Source: Meyerozyma guilliermondii (lineage: Eukaryota). From it: 47,903 nt of DNA. Shown here piece by piece: positions 27,125-40,000 of the stretch (positions within the stretch are counted from its first letter, which is position 1; the number at the start of each line of letters is the position of its first letter). Where the stretch lies: NCBI GenBank assembly GCA_051546255.1, contig CP128817.1, positions 1,674,001-1,721,903 on the forward strand, written 5' to 3'. Under the pieces are notes generated by a model. The model searched no databases. It saw nothing but the letters and a program-made list of their open reading frames with translations, and had not been told where the DNA came from. A program made the translations under genes and the position numbers.

Positions 27125-30100
27125 TTAGTAGCCCAAGCGCTTGTCCTCACTTGGATGCGTCGGTGGAGTAAGTACGGTTTCACTTAGAAGCCGAGGACTG
27201 AACTCACGAATGATTTTCTTCAAATTGCTTCTCTTGATCGGTTTGGCCAAGAAGCCAGACATGCCCGCATTCAAACACTCTTTTACATTACTCTCGTCGG
27301 CAAACGCAGTAAGAGCAATGATCGGCCGTTCCCATTTCAAGTTGCTTCTTATCATTTTTGTGGCCAAAAGTCCATCAATTTGAGGCATCTGAACATCCAT
27401 GAATATGATATCAAAGTCTTCTCCACTTTCCACCAGATGCTTCACCATTTCCACCGCTTCGGCTCCGTTGCACGCCATGGTGATGTTGGGGAACCCTTCG
27501 AGCTTGAGCATTCTCTTGATGACTTCTTGATTGACCATATTGTCTTCCGCTACCAAGATTTTGAGATGTGACAAGTCTGTCAAGATTTCTCCATTTTCGC
27601 CGGAATTGGCGGTGCCAGTTGAACCTCGAGTTATTAAATGTGGCTTGATGGCACGAGGAACCTCCAAACGCAGCACCTTGCTGCTGTCGCTCGAATCGGT
27701 ACTCAGAGTGTCTTTCTTTGAACTGGGTGTATCTTCCTCCGCAACAAATTTATCCTTGTGATTTTCGGTGCGTTTTGGATTGAAGTCATCGTTACAAAAC
27801 TCCTCCATATCCTCATCGTCCACGATAATTTCTCGCGTCTGAGGCAATGGTATAGTCAAGATAAATGTAGACCCCACACCCAAGGTGGAGTCCAATGTCA
27901 ATGTTCCATTCATCATTTTTGCCAATTGCCTACAAATGGAAAGTCCAAGACCAGTACCACCATAACTTCGCGATAAGGTCTGGTCTCCTTGTACGAATGG
28001 CTCAAACACTTTTTCTTGTAAAGCAGGCTCGATACCTGGTCCTGTGTCGGTAACAACGATTTGAAGAACCCAATTTTTTGGCCGACGTAACTTCCGCATA
28101 CGAAATCGTTTGTCTCCTCTCAGAAATTCTACCATTGATTCTTCAGCTATCGATCTAGGTTTGTCTGAGGCATGATCTGGAAGTGAAGGTAGGGGTTTCA
28201 CAGTTTCGAACTGAGACTCAAAAATGGCTTTATCGTACTCTGCCGTGGAAAGAGTGAAAATACTTGTGTTATCACTGATATCCTCGGGAGAAGATTTGGA
28301 AGATTTGGGGTTTGTATCACCATTTGCGATGGTACTCTCCGCTTCCTGGTCGGTAGGTGTGGCAGTGGGCGTTTCTTCTGGATCAAATTTGCCCATGGAC
28401 ACTGAGTGTGGGAATCGCTTCACAAATACTTGAGTATTCTTGCACGCTTTTGATCTTCTTTCATCGTACTCACCCAAAAGCTTGAATTGAACATCCACGG
28501 CCGAACCCACAGGTGTGAATTTCAAACTGTTTGAAACTAAATTCATCACGATTTGAATGATACGATTGGAGTCTCCCACAAGAACCAACTTTCTGATAAT
28601 GCTTGGTTTCAACCAGAGCATCAAGTTTACTCGCTGGTCGTTGGCCAACTTGCTAAAGATCGATTGCACTTGATACACCACCTCCAAGATCTGGAACTCT
28701 GATTTTTCGAGTTTGGAGCGATTGAGGGTATTTTTGGAATAGGTCAAAAGTTCGGTCAAAATGTGAAGCAAAAGCTCTCCCGATCTATGGATGAGTTGCA
28801 AAGACTCCTTAATTCGAGATGGATCTTGTTCTTCCATAGCAATAGACGTCATGCCCAAAATACCATTCAAAGGTGTCCTCAATTCGTGTGAAATATTTGC
28901 AATGAAAACCGTCTTTGCTTCGTTCGCAGATTCTGCTTGTATTTTCAGCGCTTCCAATTCTTTGGTTCTACTTCGAACACGGTCCTCTAACGTTGCGTAT
29001 TGTCGGTCGAGTTCCGCTGTCATGATATTGAAGGCATCTGACAACTCTGTCAACTCGTCCTTGAAGAACTTTTTCGTGTGAAGGATTTTTTCTGGAAGTC
29101 TAATTCCCGTCGAATACGAAGTGGATGCCTCGGAGAGGGCGCTTCCACGACGATCGTCGTTTGCGCCCGTAGGCGATGCTGTTAAAATGGTGGAGTTGTG
29201 CTTGTCGTGTCGCTTCTTTTTGGAGGTGGTGATGGCCTCGGTAGCTTCTTTCAAAATGGTTATTGGCCTAACGAACATGACTGCCAATGGGAAGGTTACT
29301 AGGCACATAAAGGCACCGATTCCAATGACAACTCCAATAATGATATCACGAAAGTTTGCTACTGGGGCATAAAAGTTTTTTCGTGATTGCTCGACGATAA
29401 TTGTCCAGAAACTTCGGCTGTTCAAGGTGAGTCTGGTGAAGCCAATGGCCACATCGCTTCCAGAAGACGACTTGACTCTGGAGCTGGAGCCGTATTTCAG
29501 GCCAAAAGCCTTCTTCACCGAGGACGAGCTGTTGATATTGTAGACGTAATTGGGGATGAGATCGGCGTTGTCTGCCGGAAATAAGCTCTCAAATCCCACA
29601 ATCTGGCTGGTGTTGCCGTTGTTATCGCTGTAAATGGGCTGGACCGCAAGAATGGAGTATTCGTTCTTTGTGTTTTTCTCGGACCCAAAGCTCTGAGTAT
29701 CGTTGATGGCCACGTATATGTTTTGAGCATTTGCTAGCACCGTCAAGTATCCTGATACCGACGGTTTGTCGAAAACGATGGAGGAATTAGACGTAACAGG
29801 AAGGGTTATGCCGATGAAGTATGCAGAGTAGTCCCACGAGTTGTTACTCATGGGTCCGGAAACGTAAGCCGGGAAGTCGGAATCACTCGACTCGTCGTAT
29901 TGCTGACTCGAGAGGAGCACAGGAGGAATGGTGGCGTTTTTCAGAAGGGGATATAGGTAGTCCCTGGTGGGCTCGGAAATTATCGTGAGGTCATTAGTGC
30001 CTTGGGCAACGATGTCTAGGTCTAGATTGTATAGTCGGGCACCCACAAACAATTCCGACGTGGCGAGGAACTGATCGATTGTGACTTGAGACTCAACAAA

Positions 30101-30382
30101 CACTCCTTCGGTGTTGTTTCCAGCTCGGTATGAAGAAAGTGGATCGGACACAGTGTTCTTTTGTGAGAGCCAATAAACCTGATAGAACATGTACTGCACC
30201 GCCTGGGTGACCTGGGTGGCCTTGAGTTGCGAGATGACCTCTAGTCGTTCTGCTCGCAAATTACTAAGGTTATCACTAAAGTAGACTCCGGTGACGATGG
30301 CCAAAATCAAAAGCGAGAATAGCGAGGAAAACGCCACCAAAAGGATGAGTTGGGGCCGGATTCCGATTTTGAGCCGTCTCAT
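27125..30382 (-). CDS. SLN1: Osmosensing hybrid histidine kinase
   Basis: Two TM segments flanking an extracellular domain, H-box [14 protein letters not shown]1/F/G2 boxes ([23 protein letters not shown]) and a receiver domain ([14 protein letters not shown]). Confidence 0.95.
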   Translation of the reverse strand: MRRLKIGIRPQLILLVAFSSLFSLLILAIVTGVYFSDNLSNLRAERLEVISQLKATQVTQAVQYMFYQVYWLSQKNTVSDPLSSYRAGNNTEGVFVESQVTIDQFLATSELFVGARLYNLDLDIVAQGTNDLTIISEPTRDYLYPLLKNATIPPVLLSSQQYDESSDSDFPAYVSGPMSNNSWDYSAYFIGITLPVTSNSSIVFDKPSVSGYLTVLANAQNIYVAINDTQSFGSEKNTKNEYSILAVQPIYSDNNGNTSQIVGFESLFPADNADLIPNYVYNINSSSSVKKAFGLKYGSSSRVKSSSGSDVAIGFTRLTLNSRSFWTIIVEQSRKNFYAPVANFRDIIIGVVIGIGAFMCLVTFPLAVMFVRPITILKEATEAITTSKKKRHDKHNSTILTASPTGANDDRRGSALSEASTSYSTGIRLPEKILHTKKFFKDELTELSDAFNIMTAELDRQYATLEDRVRSRTKELEALKIQAESANEAKTVFIANISHELRTPLNGILGMTSIAMEEQDPSRIKESLQLIHRSGELLLHILTELLTYSKNTLNRSKLEKSEFQILEVVYQVQSIFSKLANDQRVNLMLWLKPSIIRKLVLVGDSNRIIQIVMNLVSNSLKFTPVGSAVDVQFKLLGEYDERRSKACKNTQVFVKRFPHSVSMGKFDPEETPTATPTDQEAESTIANGDTNPKSSKSSPEDISDNTSIFTLSTAEYDKAIFESQFETVKPLPSLPDHASDKPRSIAEESMVEFLRGDKRFRMRKLRRPKNWVLQIVVTDTGPGIEPALQEKVFEPFVQGDQTLSRSYGGTGLGLSICRQLAKMMNGTLTLDSTLGVGSTFILTIPLPQTREIIVDDEDMEEFCNDDFNPKRTENHKDKFVAEEDTPSSKKDTLSTDSSDSSKVLRLEVPRAIKPHLITRGSTGTANSGENGEILTDLSHLKILVAEDNMVNQEVIKRMLKLEGFPNITMACNGAEAVEMVKHLVESGEDFDIIFMDVQMPQIDGLLATKMIRSNLKWERPIIALTAFADESNVKECLNAGMSGFLAKPIKRSNLKKIIREFSPRLLSETVLTPPTHPSEDKRLGY

Positions 30383-33300
30383 GATACGGAGCTATAATAC
30401 ATATGGTGCCGGAAGGCGATTAGCAGGGGGGAAAATCAAGGATACGAAAATAACGCAGTTTATTTTTCGCTCTGTTTTGCAATGCGAACAATCGGCTGAG
30501 ATTAAGTTCCATGCAGTCTGCAGACTAGGGTACATGGATAGGAGGTAAGGGCCGGAGTTTTCGGGCGGAAAAAAGAGTTGGAAGTAGAGGAGGGGTGTGA
30601 CTTGGTATGTGTGAAAAATTGACGAAAATCATTGGGAGTGTTCTATTTATAGTGGCATGGGCCCATGACGGTCGCAGCCATGCGGTTACATAAGCGGGCT
30701 ATTCCGTATTGGGTTTAGTAATGAGCTGCGGTGGCTAGTAGAAAGGAAAAGGAGAATAAGGCAGAGAAGCAATTAGAGAGAGAGTTAAAAGTTGAATAAT
30801 GTAGCGAAAGAAGGAAGACGAAGGAATTTTGGTAAGTAAAGTTGAGTGATAAAGATTGGATTCTGATGGCTAGAGTGAGTAATATTCAGTCCAGTTTTAC
30901 TTACTTCATTTACTTGATTTCATTTTACTCTCATTTTCTTTCATTTGGTTACTCTTACTTGCTCTTACTTTGATTTGCTTCATTTTACTTTCTTTCTTTT
31001 TTTTCTTTCAATACTCTCATTTCCTTTTTCTGGTTGCAAATTGCAAATTTGGCGAGAAATACAAAATTTGGAATATTGCCAATACTCAGAACTTGTAGAC
31101 AACCACACTTCTTTTCGTGTTGCTTCACCTTGACAATCCTCAACTAACCGGTAACCCTCAATTATGGGGCCTAAAATGGTTCGTGAAATTGACATGCAGA
31201 ACTTAAGTTATTAATCGATATGGAGATTGATCTGTAAGCCAGTATATTTTTCAATTTTTCTTCTTGTAGCATCGCCTGTTAATCTTCAAATTGAGACTCA
31301 TAACCCGGAAGTATACTATACCATTGGGACTTGGCGATAATGTTGCTGAATTTGCTTTATACGGTATCGGTTTCGATTCTGAAGCTTATTACGTTCAGAT
31401 GAACAGAACAGTTATCTCTAAGGGATATACGATCTAACGATAGACCAAAATTTGCAAGTTGGTTTGCACTGCAGTATGACTATATCAAACCCTATTATAA
31501 TATATTATCTCTGTACATCGACGATGATGGAGATTGAATAAACTATTCATGCTTGAGACGCTCTTTGACAAAGACTGGCTCAGCATCTTCAAAATAGCAA
31601 GGGAATGAGCACACCACAGAAAGAAAAGCTTCTCAAAAAATGGAAAATAATAAAAGTTTTGTTGCATTCTTGGGGACCAATGGCTGTGCTAAGATTGGTA
31701 CAGAAACATTGTTACAATAGAGGCTTCCCTCATTAATTGCTAGCCTGATTCAATGCTTCATATCGCAACGGGACAAAAACTCTTGATCTCATGAAATTGT
31801 TAAAGAAACTCAAATCGACCAGTAATTCCAGATTTGCAGACCTTGAAATGGAGTCGTTAAGAACGTAAATGACTGTCACTGTATGCTAAAATGACGAAGC
31901 AGATGGAGACTGTCGGGTTGAAAATTCATCGGCAGAATAGACCTAGCTGGCCAACCCTGCTTGCCAAGCAAAGTCCCACTTTCAGATTGAAAAGTCCAAG
32001 GATCAATCTCGAGATTAGAATAGTCAGTGCTTCTAAAAGGGTATAGTGTCGTTGAATTGGTGTGTCTTCTGCAAAAGGCAACCATTTAGGTTTGGCTGCA
32101 GTTTCCAGTACAAGAAAGTAACAGATAATACCAATGAATTCCGTGAACTATTTTCCACAAGATCTCTCCACTTTCATGCCGTCAACTTTAATCGACTTGG
32201 TACATTCGGCAATCGGAAAACGCATTGGCGATCAGAATTTGCCCGAAGATCCGTGTCTTTAATGGCTTACGGTTCTCGATTATGGCCTCGAAAAAGGCCC
32301 CAGAATTGTTTTCCGGAGGATAGCTGAAGTCAGAGAACAAACACTCGGTGACGTCACCAGGGGTTCTATAGAGAAATTGGCTAAGACGGTGTACCACAGC
32401 CGACATGCATAGCAGCATCTTTAATTTTCGATAATCTATACTCGGCGATTTTGGATGGAAAGAACAAGATTCGGCAAGGGAAAATCTTTATCTAATCCAA
32501 TTTGAGATATTGAAGTGTCTATGATTTGGTCTGTCTGAAAGAGTGGGCATCTGCTCCTCCGGACGAGTGGTTCCTCTTCAATTCCATCGGTTTCGTTGAC
32601 TTTTGTCTCAATCTTAAGCAAGACAACTCGAGGCACAAACCCAATTGTCCGTCACCCCACTTTGGCAGACTCGTAACTCTTTGGTTGGAGGCTATAAATA
32701 CGCTTTCAAGCAAAAAAATCCGAAACTTTGCCGTTTCGCAGCGGAGGTGAGACGTTGCCGCGGCACATTAGAATAGAAAAAACAATGCCAAGAGCCGTGA
32801 AATATGTTTTGAGGCCAGGATGTGGCTGAAATTTACCCGACGCTGCTAAAAATATGCTTCGAGGAATCGGGTCGAGGCTCAACCCGGCGCCAAAATTGTG
32901 TTGGTGGGAAGACAATCCAACGAGGTTCAGTTGACCTTGTAGGGGTTGTTTGTGATTTGATTGAGCAATCGCAACTAAGTTCAATGAACGAAAAGATACT
33001 CGGTATAATTATCTGATTATATATTATGCGAATTACGATCACACAGGAAGTTTCCGTGAATAAGCGATGCAAGGAATTGAAAACGCGGCTAGACCTTCCC
33101 AAACTGTGGCTCGTATAGCCGCGCTGCATTGCGAGCGATGGGTGATGAAAGCTCGAATCGATGCATGGAGATGCCTCAGAGATGTAATGGGCCGAGATTA
33201 GCTTGTTTAGTTATTCGAAGTGGCGTGATTATTGGTAACCACTGCTGCGGACATAGAATACGACGAATTTAACCTCGGCTCGGCGGCAGCGTGCAGAAAT

Positions 33301-34037
33301 GCGATGAGGCGTGCGGCGGCCGGCGTGTCAAGCACGAGATGGAACTTGATTTGCCGTCTGAATCCGGTAAAGTAATGTGCTTCCATGCGCCGTTGCGCTG
33401 CGGCTGGGGCTGGAATACGAATTTTGAAGAGGACGGAAAAACTTGATAACTAACTATAGTACTTCAAGCTACAGTTATGCGTTGCTGCATCAAAGCACTA
33501 GCCTCGCACCTTTTGCACAAATTTGTTTGTGGCATCATTTAGTGAAATCTTGAGCATCTGGATCGCATCGCAAATTGTGCAGCCGAGGATATTTTTACGA
33601 CTTTTCCAATTGCGGCTCCGAGCCACCCCTTTTTTTTCACCCTAGAAAAGCAGAACGAGAAAAAAGTGAAAAGTTTAGCTAGTTTAGCTTCAATATGATT
33701 TCAAGACTTTGGGATGCCAAGTACACTAGCCACAGATTGCGAGCACTGTACATCGGCTAATTTGAGAACTTAAATTTAGTTGCGAATTCGCGATATTGCA
33801 GATGGCCGTTGACATCGAAAAATTTTCGTATCATTGCATTGCCGCAAAGAGCCGACAGGAAGCGGTTGCGCATGGTAACCCGCATGGTGGCATGGTGGCC
33901 CGCAGGCCTAGGATCATGCGCTTCTGGTAATCTCACTTCAAACATGCGTCTGAATGATGCATAGATTCCATCGATAGATGACGATGCCTCCAATTTACTT
34001 AAACGCCGACTTTTCCTTCGTCGTCTCTTTTTCAGAC

Positions 34038-37000
34038 ATGTTTTGGCTCTTTGCAGCATTTTTGTTGGTGGTGCATGTTGCGGCAGACATAAATGGTATT
34101 TTCACAAACATCAATTCAATTGTCGCCTCGTCGTCGGCCGCACTGACTTTATACCCAGCGTCGACATACTGGACCGCCACGGTTCAATGGTCGATTAATG
34201 GAGCCAATGTTAATGCTGGTGACACGTTTGCATTGCATATGCCTCATGTGTTCACATTCACCTCATCTTCGTCATCAATCTCACTTTCTGCTGGAGGAAT
34301 TACCTACGCTACATGTACATTTTTCAGCGGAGAGTTTATGGTCAACTATTCCGAACTTCAATGTAAAATTTCACCGGGATTGAACTTCAATGATATTGCC
34401 ATTGGGTCGGTGATGTTCCCAATCACATTTGATTCTGGATTTTCTTCGTCAACTAATGCTCTTGAAGCGGCTAATACTTGGACCACCGGAACCAATACCG
34501 TCACTTGGACATTGGGGAGCTATTCAATTTCCACCACGGTGGATTTCGAGGGTGGAACTCTGTCTTCAAGTCCGAATCTTAGGGTTGCTGCTGCAAAATT
34601 GGCACCTTCATCTTCACAGGTTCAATTTTATTCTTTGGGAACTTCATGTCCATTTGAAACCCAATCTGGTACACTTGGTATCACTTTTAAAAATGGTGGT
34701 CCTCCGTTACAATGTAGCACATTGACAGCTTCGTTTTCCAACCAGTTCAATGATTGGTACTTTCCACAAACTGCTTCCAGTTTATCATATTCCGTGCTGT
34801 GTTCACTGAACCTGGTTATGGTGACATTTGCCGGAGTTCCTGCGGGCTCTCGTCCATTTTTCAACATCTTTGCTTCGCTGTTGCCAGTGGGCCGGAATAG
34901 CGCAGTTTATACCCTCAAGTACAGATGTGGAAACGGCCCTTCTAACGACTATAGTTATGACCAAGGATGGTCTAGTTACGATAACGGAAACTCGGGTTCT
35001 CTGGGTGGAAATTTTATCAACACAATAGTCACGAAAACTTATACTGATTTGACCACCAGGATCTCAACTTTACCTTACAGTTCCACCGTGACTGGAGCCA
35101 CCAGAACCATTGAGGTGGGTGTTCCAGTTCCGACAATTACCACCACGAAAACTTATGCCGGTTCTATTACAACCACCACCACCATTTCTGCTACCCCAGG
35201 CCAAACTGGAACTGTGGAAATTGATTTGCCGGTTCCTACAATTACCCTCACATTGACATGGACTGGAATTTCCACCATTAGCACTATCACTGCTACTCCT
35301 GGACAAACCGGTACAGCTATAAATTACCTTCCTGTTCCTACAACTACATTCACTAAAACTTGGATCGGATCAGTAGTCACTTCCAAGACAATTCCTGCCG
35401 CTCCAGGTCAAACAGGAACTGTTGAGGTTGACGTTCCCGTTCCAACTACCACGGTAACTTCAACTTGGACTGGAGTTACGACTGTTAGTACAATTCCAGC
35501 CACTCCTGGCCAAACTGGTACGATAATTAACTATGTTCCTGTTCCTACAATCACCTTCACCAAAACTTATACCGGTTCTCAAACAACAACCATCATTGTT
35601 CCTGCTACTCCAGGACAAACTGGAACTGTCGAAATTGATGTTCCTGTTCCTACAACTACCATTACTTCGACATGGACTGGATCAATTCTCACCTCCAAAA
35701 CTATAACGGCCACTCCTGGACAAACTGGAACTGTTGAGATCGATGTTCCAGTTCCTACAATTTCCTTCACCAAAACTTACACTGGTTCTCAAACAACCAC
35801 CGTGACTGTTCCAGCTATCCCAGGTCAAACCGGAACCGTTGAAATTGATGTGCCGGTTCCAACAACTACTGTTACTTCTACATGGACTGGAAATGTTTCT
35901 ACAATCAGCACTGTTACTGCTTCCCCAGGACAAACTGGTACAGTTATCAACTATATACCAGTTCCTACTACGACTTTCACCAAGACATGGACTGGCACAG
36001 TTGTTACTACCAAGACGATTATTGCTACCCCAGGACAAACTGGTACTGTTGAAATTGATGTTCCTGTTCCCACATCCACTGTAACGTCGACCTGGACTGG
36101 AGTTGGCTCTACCATTAGCACAGTTACTGCTACACCCGGTCAAACTGGAACTGTTATCAACTACATTACCGTTCCAACAACCACCGTCACTTCTACATGG
36201 ACAGGCTCACAAATCACCACTATTACTGTTCCTGCTACTCCAGGACAAACTGGAACCGTTATTATAGAGGTTCCAGTGCCCACCAGCACAACCACCAAAA
36301 CCTGGACTGGTTCAGGAACCACCACCAAAACTGTCAGCGGCAGTCCTGGTCAAACAGGAACCGTTGAAGTTGACATTCCTGTTCCAACAACCACCATCGT
36401 TTCCACCTACACTGGTTCAGATATTTCCACCACAACCGATACCGCTACTCCAGGTCAAACAGGAACAGTTATTATTGAAGTTCCTGTTCCAACAACCACT
36501 TTAACCAAAACATACAATGGTTCGGTTATAACTACCACGACCATTACTGCCACTCCAGGACAAACAGGAACTGTAATTGTGGAAGTTCCAGTTCCTACTA
36601 CAACAGTCACCTCAACCTATACTGGTTCAGAGACAACAACCACCACCATTCCTGCTGGACCTGGTGGTACTGGAACCGTTGTCGTTGAGGTACCAGTGCC
36701 TACATTGACCACTACCAAGACTACTGGATCTGTAACCACCACCACCACGAAAACTGCTGGACCTGGTCTGACTGGAACTGTTGAAATCGATGTTCCTGTT
36801 CCAACTACAACTTTTACTAGAACCAATTCCGGATCAATTACTACCACAACCACAATTGCAGCTGGTCCTGGTGAAACTGGAACCGTTATAGTTGATGTTC
36901 CAATTCCAACAACTACTATAACTGACTACTGGACTGGAAAATCCACTGTCACCACCACCAAAACTGCCGGCATTGGTGAAACAGGAACGGTTGAAATAGA

Positions 37001-40000
37001 TCTTCCGACTCCAGTAACCACACTCACTTCAACCTGGACTGGACTGGAAATTCTGTATACAACCTACAGTGCAACCAAAAAAGGCGATACCGCTACAATT
37101 GTTGAATACGATCCAGTTCCAACTTCAACCATCACTACAACTTGGACAGGATCTGGAAATACCACGGTTACTGTCCCAGCTGTACCAGGTGAAACTGCTA
37201 CCGTAATTGTTGAGCTTCCTATTCCTGTGACCACTGTTACATCGACTTGGAATGGTTCAAGAGTCTCCACAACCACCATCAAGGCTCTGCCAGGTGGGAC
37301 CGATACCGTTGTAATTGAAACCCCATCTCCAACTACAACATTAACCACCACTTGGACAGGCTCAGGAACCACCTCCACTACCATTAGTGGTGGTCCTGGA
37401 GGAACCAATACCGTTCTTGTTGAGCTTCCAATTCCTATTACCACAGTTACTTCTACATGGACCGGTTCTGATGTTTCTACCACCACCAAAAAGGCATCTC
37501 CTGGAGGAACCGATACTGTGATTGTGGAGATTCCAACTCCAACAACAACTATCACTGCTACTTGGACTGGATCCAACATTACCACTACAACTATTACTGG
37601 TGGACCAGGTCAGACCAATACTGTCATCGTCGAAGTTCCAATTCCCACCACAGTAATTACTTCTACTTGGACCGGTTTAAAAATATCTACAACTACCATT
37701 ACTGGTGGTCCGGGAGAAACCAATACTGTCATTATTGAAGTTCCTACTCCAACAACTACTCTAACTTCGACTTGGACTGGAAGTAACATTACCACTACAA
37801 CTATTCCTGCTACTTTAGGCGGAACTGCCACGGTTATCGTTGAGGTTCCTACTCCAACTACCACAATCACTTCAACATGGACTGGTTCGAATATTTCAAC
37901 CACCACCATTACTGGTCGTCCAGGTGAAAGCAATACCGTGGTTGTCGAAGTTCCAACTCCAACAACTACCGTCACTTCTACCTGGAATGGAACTGTTACC
38001 ACTACCACCACCATCACTGGAAGACCTGGCGAGACTAACATCGTTCTTATTAGAGTACCATCACCAACCATTACCATCACCAAGACTTACGCTGGAAATG
38101 TAACAGCCACCACCACCTGGCTTGCTGGCGTTGGAGAGACTGGAACTGTTGAAGTTGATGTCCCAGTTCCTACAACTACAATCACCCAAACCTATACTGG
38201 ATCAGTAATCTCCACCACCACATTTCCAGCTGGTCCTGGTGAAACAGGAACCGTTATAGTTGATGTTCCAATTCCAACAACCACCATTACTGACTACTGG
38301 ACTGGAATATCCACCATCACCACCACCAAATCTGCCGGTATTGGAGAAACAGGGACCGTGAAAATTGACCTTCCAACTCCGGTAACTACCCTAACTTCAA
38401 CCTGGACTGGACTGGAAACCATGTACACCACCTACAGCAATATCACCAAGGGTGGAACCGTTACCATCATAGAATACGACCCAGTGCCAACCACCGTTGT
38501 TACCTCAACATGGACTGGAAATGGTACTACTAGCACAACCGTTACTGCTCTACCAGGCAAAACCGCTACTGTGATTGTGGAAGTTCCTATTCCATCCACT
38601 ACTATCACAAGCACCTGGACCGGATCCGAAGTCAGTACCACAACCATCAAGGGACTTCCTGGAGGAACAGACACTATAATTGTTGAGGTACCTACACCAA
38701 CCACAACTGTTACATCAACCTGGACTGGTTCTGCAATTTCTACAACTACGATTACCGGAGGACCAGGAGAAAGTAATACAGTTGTGGTTGAAGTTCCAAT
38801 TCCTAATACGACGGTGACATCTACTTGGACGGGAGCTAACACAAGCACAACCACATTGACTGGTAGTCCTGGTGGAACGAACACGATTATTGTTGAGGTT
38901 CCAACTCCTACAACTACACTTACTTCTACTTGGACAGGCTCTGAAATCTCAACGACAACTTTGAAAGGTGGACCTGGTGGAAGTGATACAGTAATTGTTG
39001 AAGTTCCTACTCCTACTACTACTGTCACTTCTACTTGGACAGGTTCTGAAACTACTTCGACTACTATTACTGGAAGACCCGGCGAGAGTAACACTGTCGT
39101 TGTTGAGGTACCTATACCAACAACTACTCTCACATCCACTTGGACTGGTTCAGAAGTTACCACAACTACTATATCTGCCAGCTTGGGCGGAACTGCTACG
39201 GTTATTGTTGAGGTACCAACACCCACAACCACCATAACTTCTACTTGGAATGGAACTACTACCACATCCACTACCATCACAGGAGAACCAGGCCAAAGTA
39301 ATACTGTCATTGTTGAAGTTCCAACTCCTACCACTACCATTACGTCTACATGGACTGGATCAGAAACATCCACAACCACAGTTAAAGGTGGACCAGGTAG
39401 CTCAGACACCGTTATAGTTGAAGTTCCAACACCTACAACCACACTCATGTCTACTTGGACCGGCTCAGTAACTTCAACCACGACCATTACTGGTGGTCCA
39501 GGAGAAAGCAACACAGTCATCGTTGAGGTGCCAACTCCAAGAACTACCCTCACCTCCACTTGGAATGGAACTGTAACCACCACTACCACGTTCTCCGCTC
39601 TGGTAGGAGGCACTGAAACAGTAATTGTTGAAATTCCATCAAGCACTTCGGCTATTTTCACTTCTGCTTCAACTTCCGAGTCCAGCTCTGCTTCATCTAG
39701 TGCTTCATCTAGTCTTACATCCAGCATTGTTTCTTTGGTTTCCGTTTCCAGCACTGCTTCATCAGCTTCATCGAGTTCATCAGCTTCCGATTTTAGTTCG
39801 ACTTCAGACTCATTTGTATCTTCAGCACTCAACTCAAACCCTCCTTCGTCTTCATCGGAATCTGACTCCAGTTCTGTTTCGTCAGAATTTCCATCGATCA
39901 ACCTCAGCTCCGCCATATTGAGCTCGTCCTCTTCCGAACACTCACTTAGCTCTTACGCTAACAGCTCAATTGCCCTGTCGAGTGCATCACTCCCTACCAG

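Noticed and set aside
33600..33680. U-rich/A-rich segment suggesting a telomerase-RNA pseudoknot
   Set aside because: No template-length match to the main repeat nearby; more simply poly(dA:dT) elements of the long adhesin promoter.
33720..33729. AGTACACTAG, complement of the variant telomeric repeat
   Set aside because: Only 10 nt with no supporting flank; expected by chance.
35121..39638. Regularly spaced repeats as a possible CRISPR-like or mobile array
   Set aside because: Eukaryotic in-frame coding repeats with synonymous divergence and no unique spacers.
38432..39916. Long - strand ORFs (494, 173, 157 aa) rich in Val
   Set aside because: Antisense shadows of the Thr-rich adhesin repeats.
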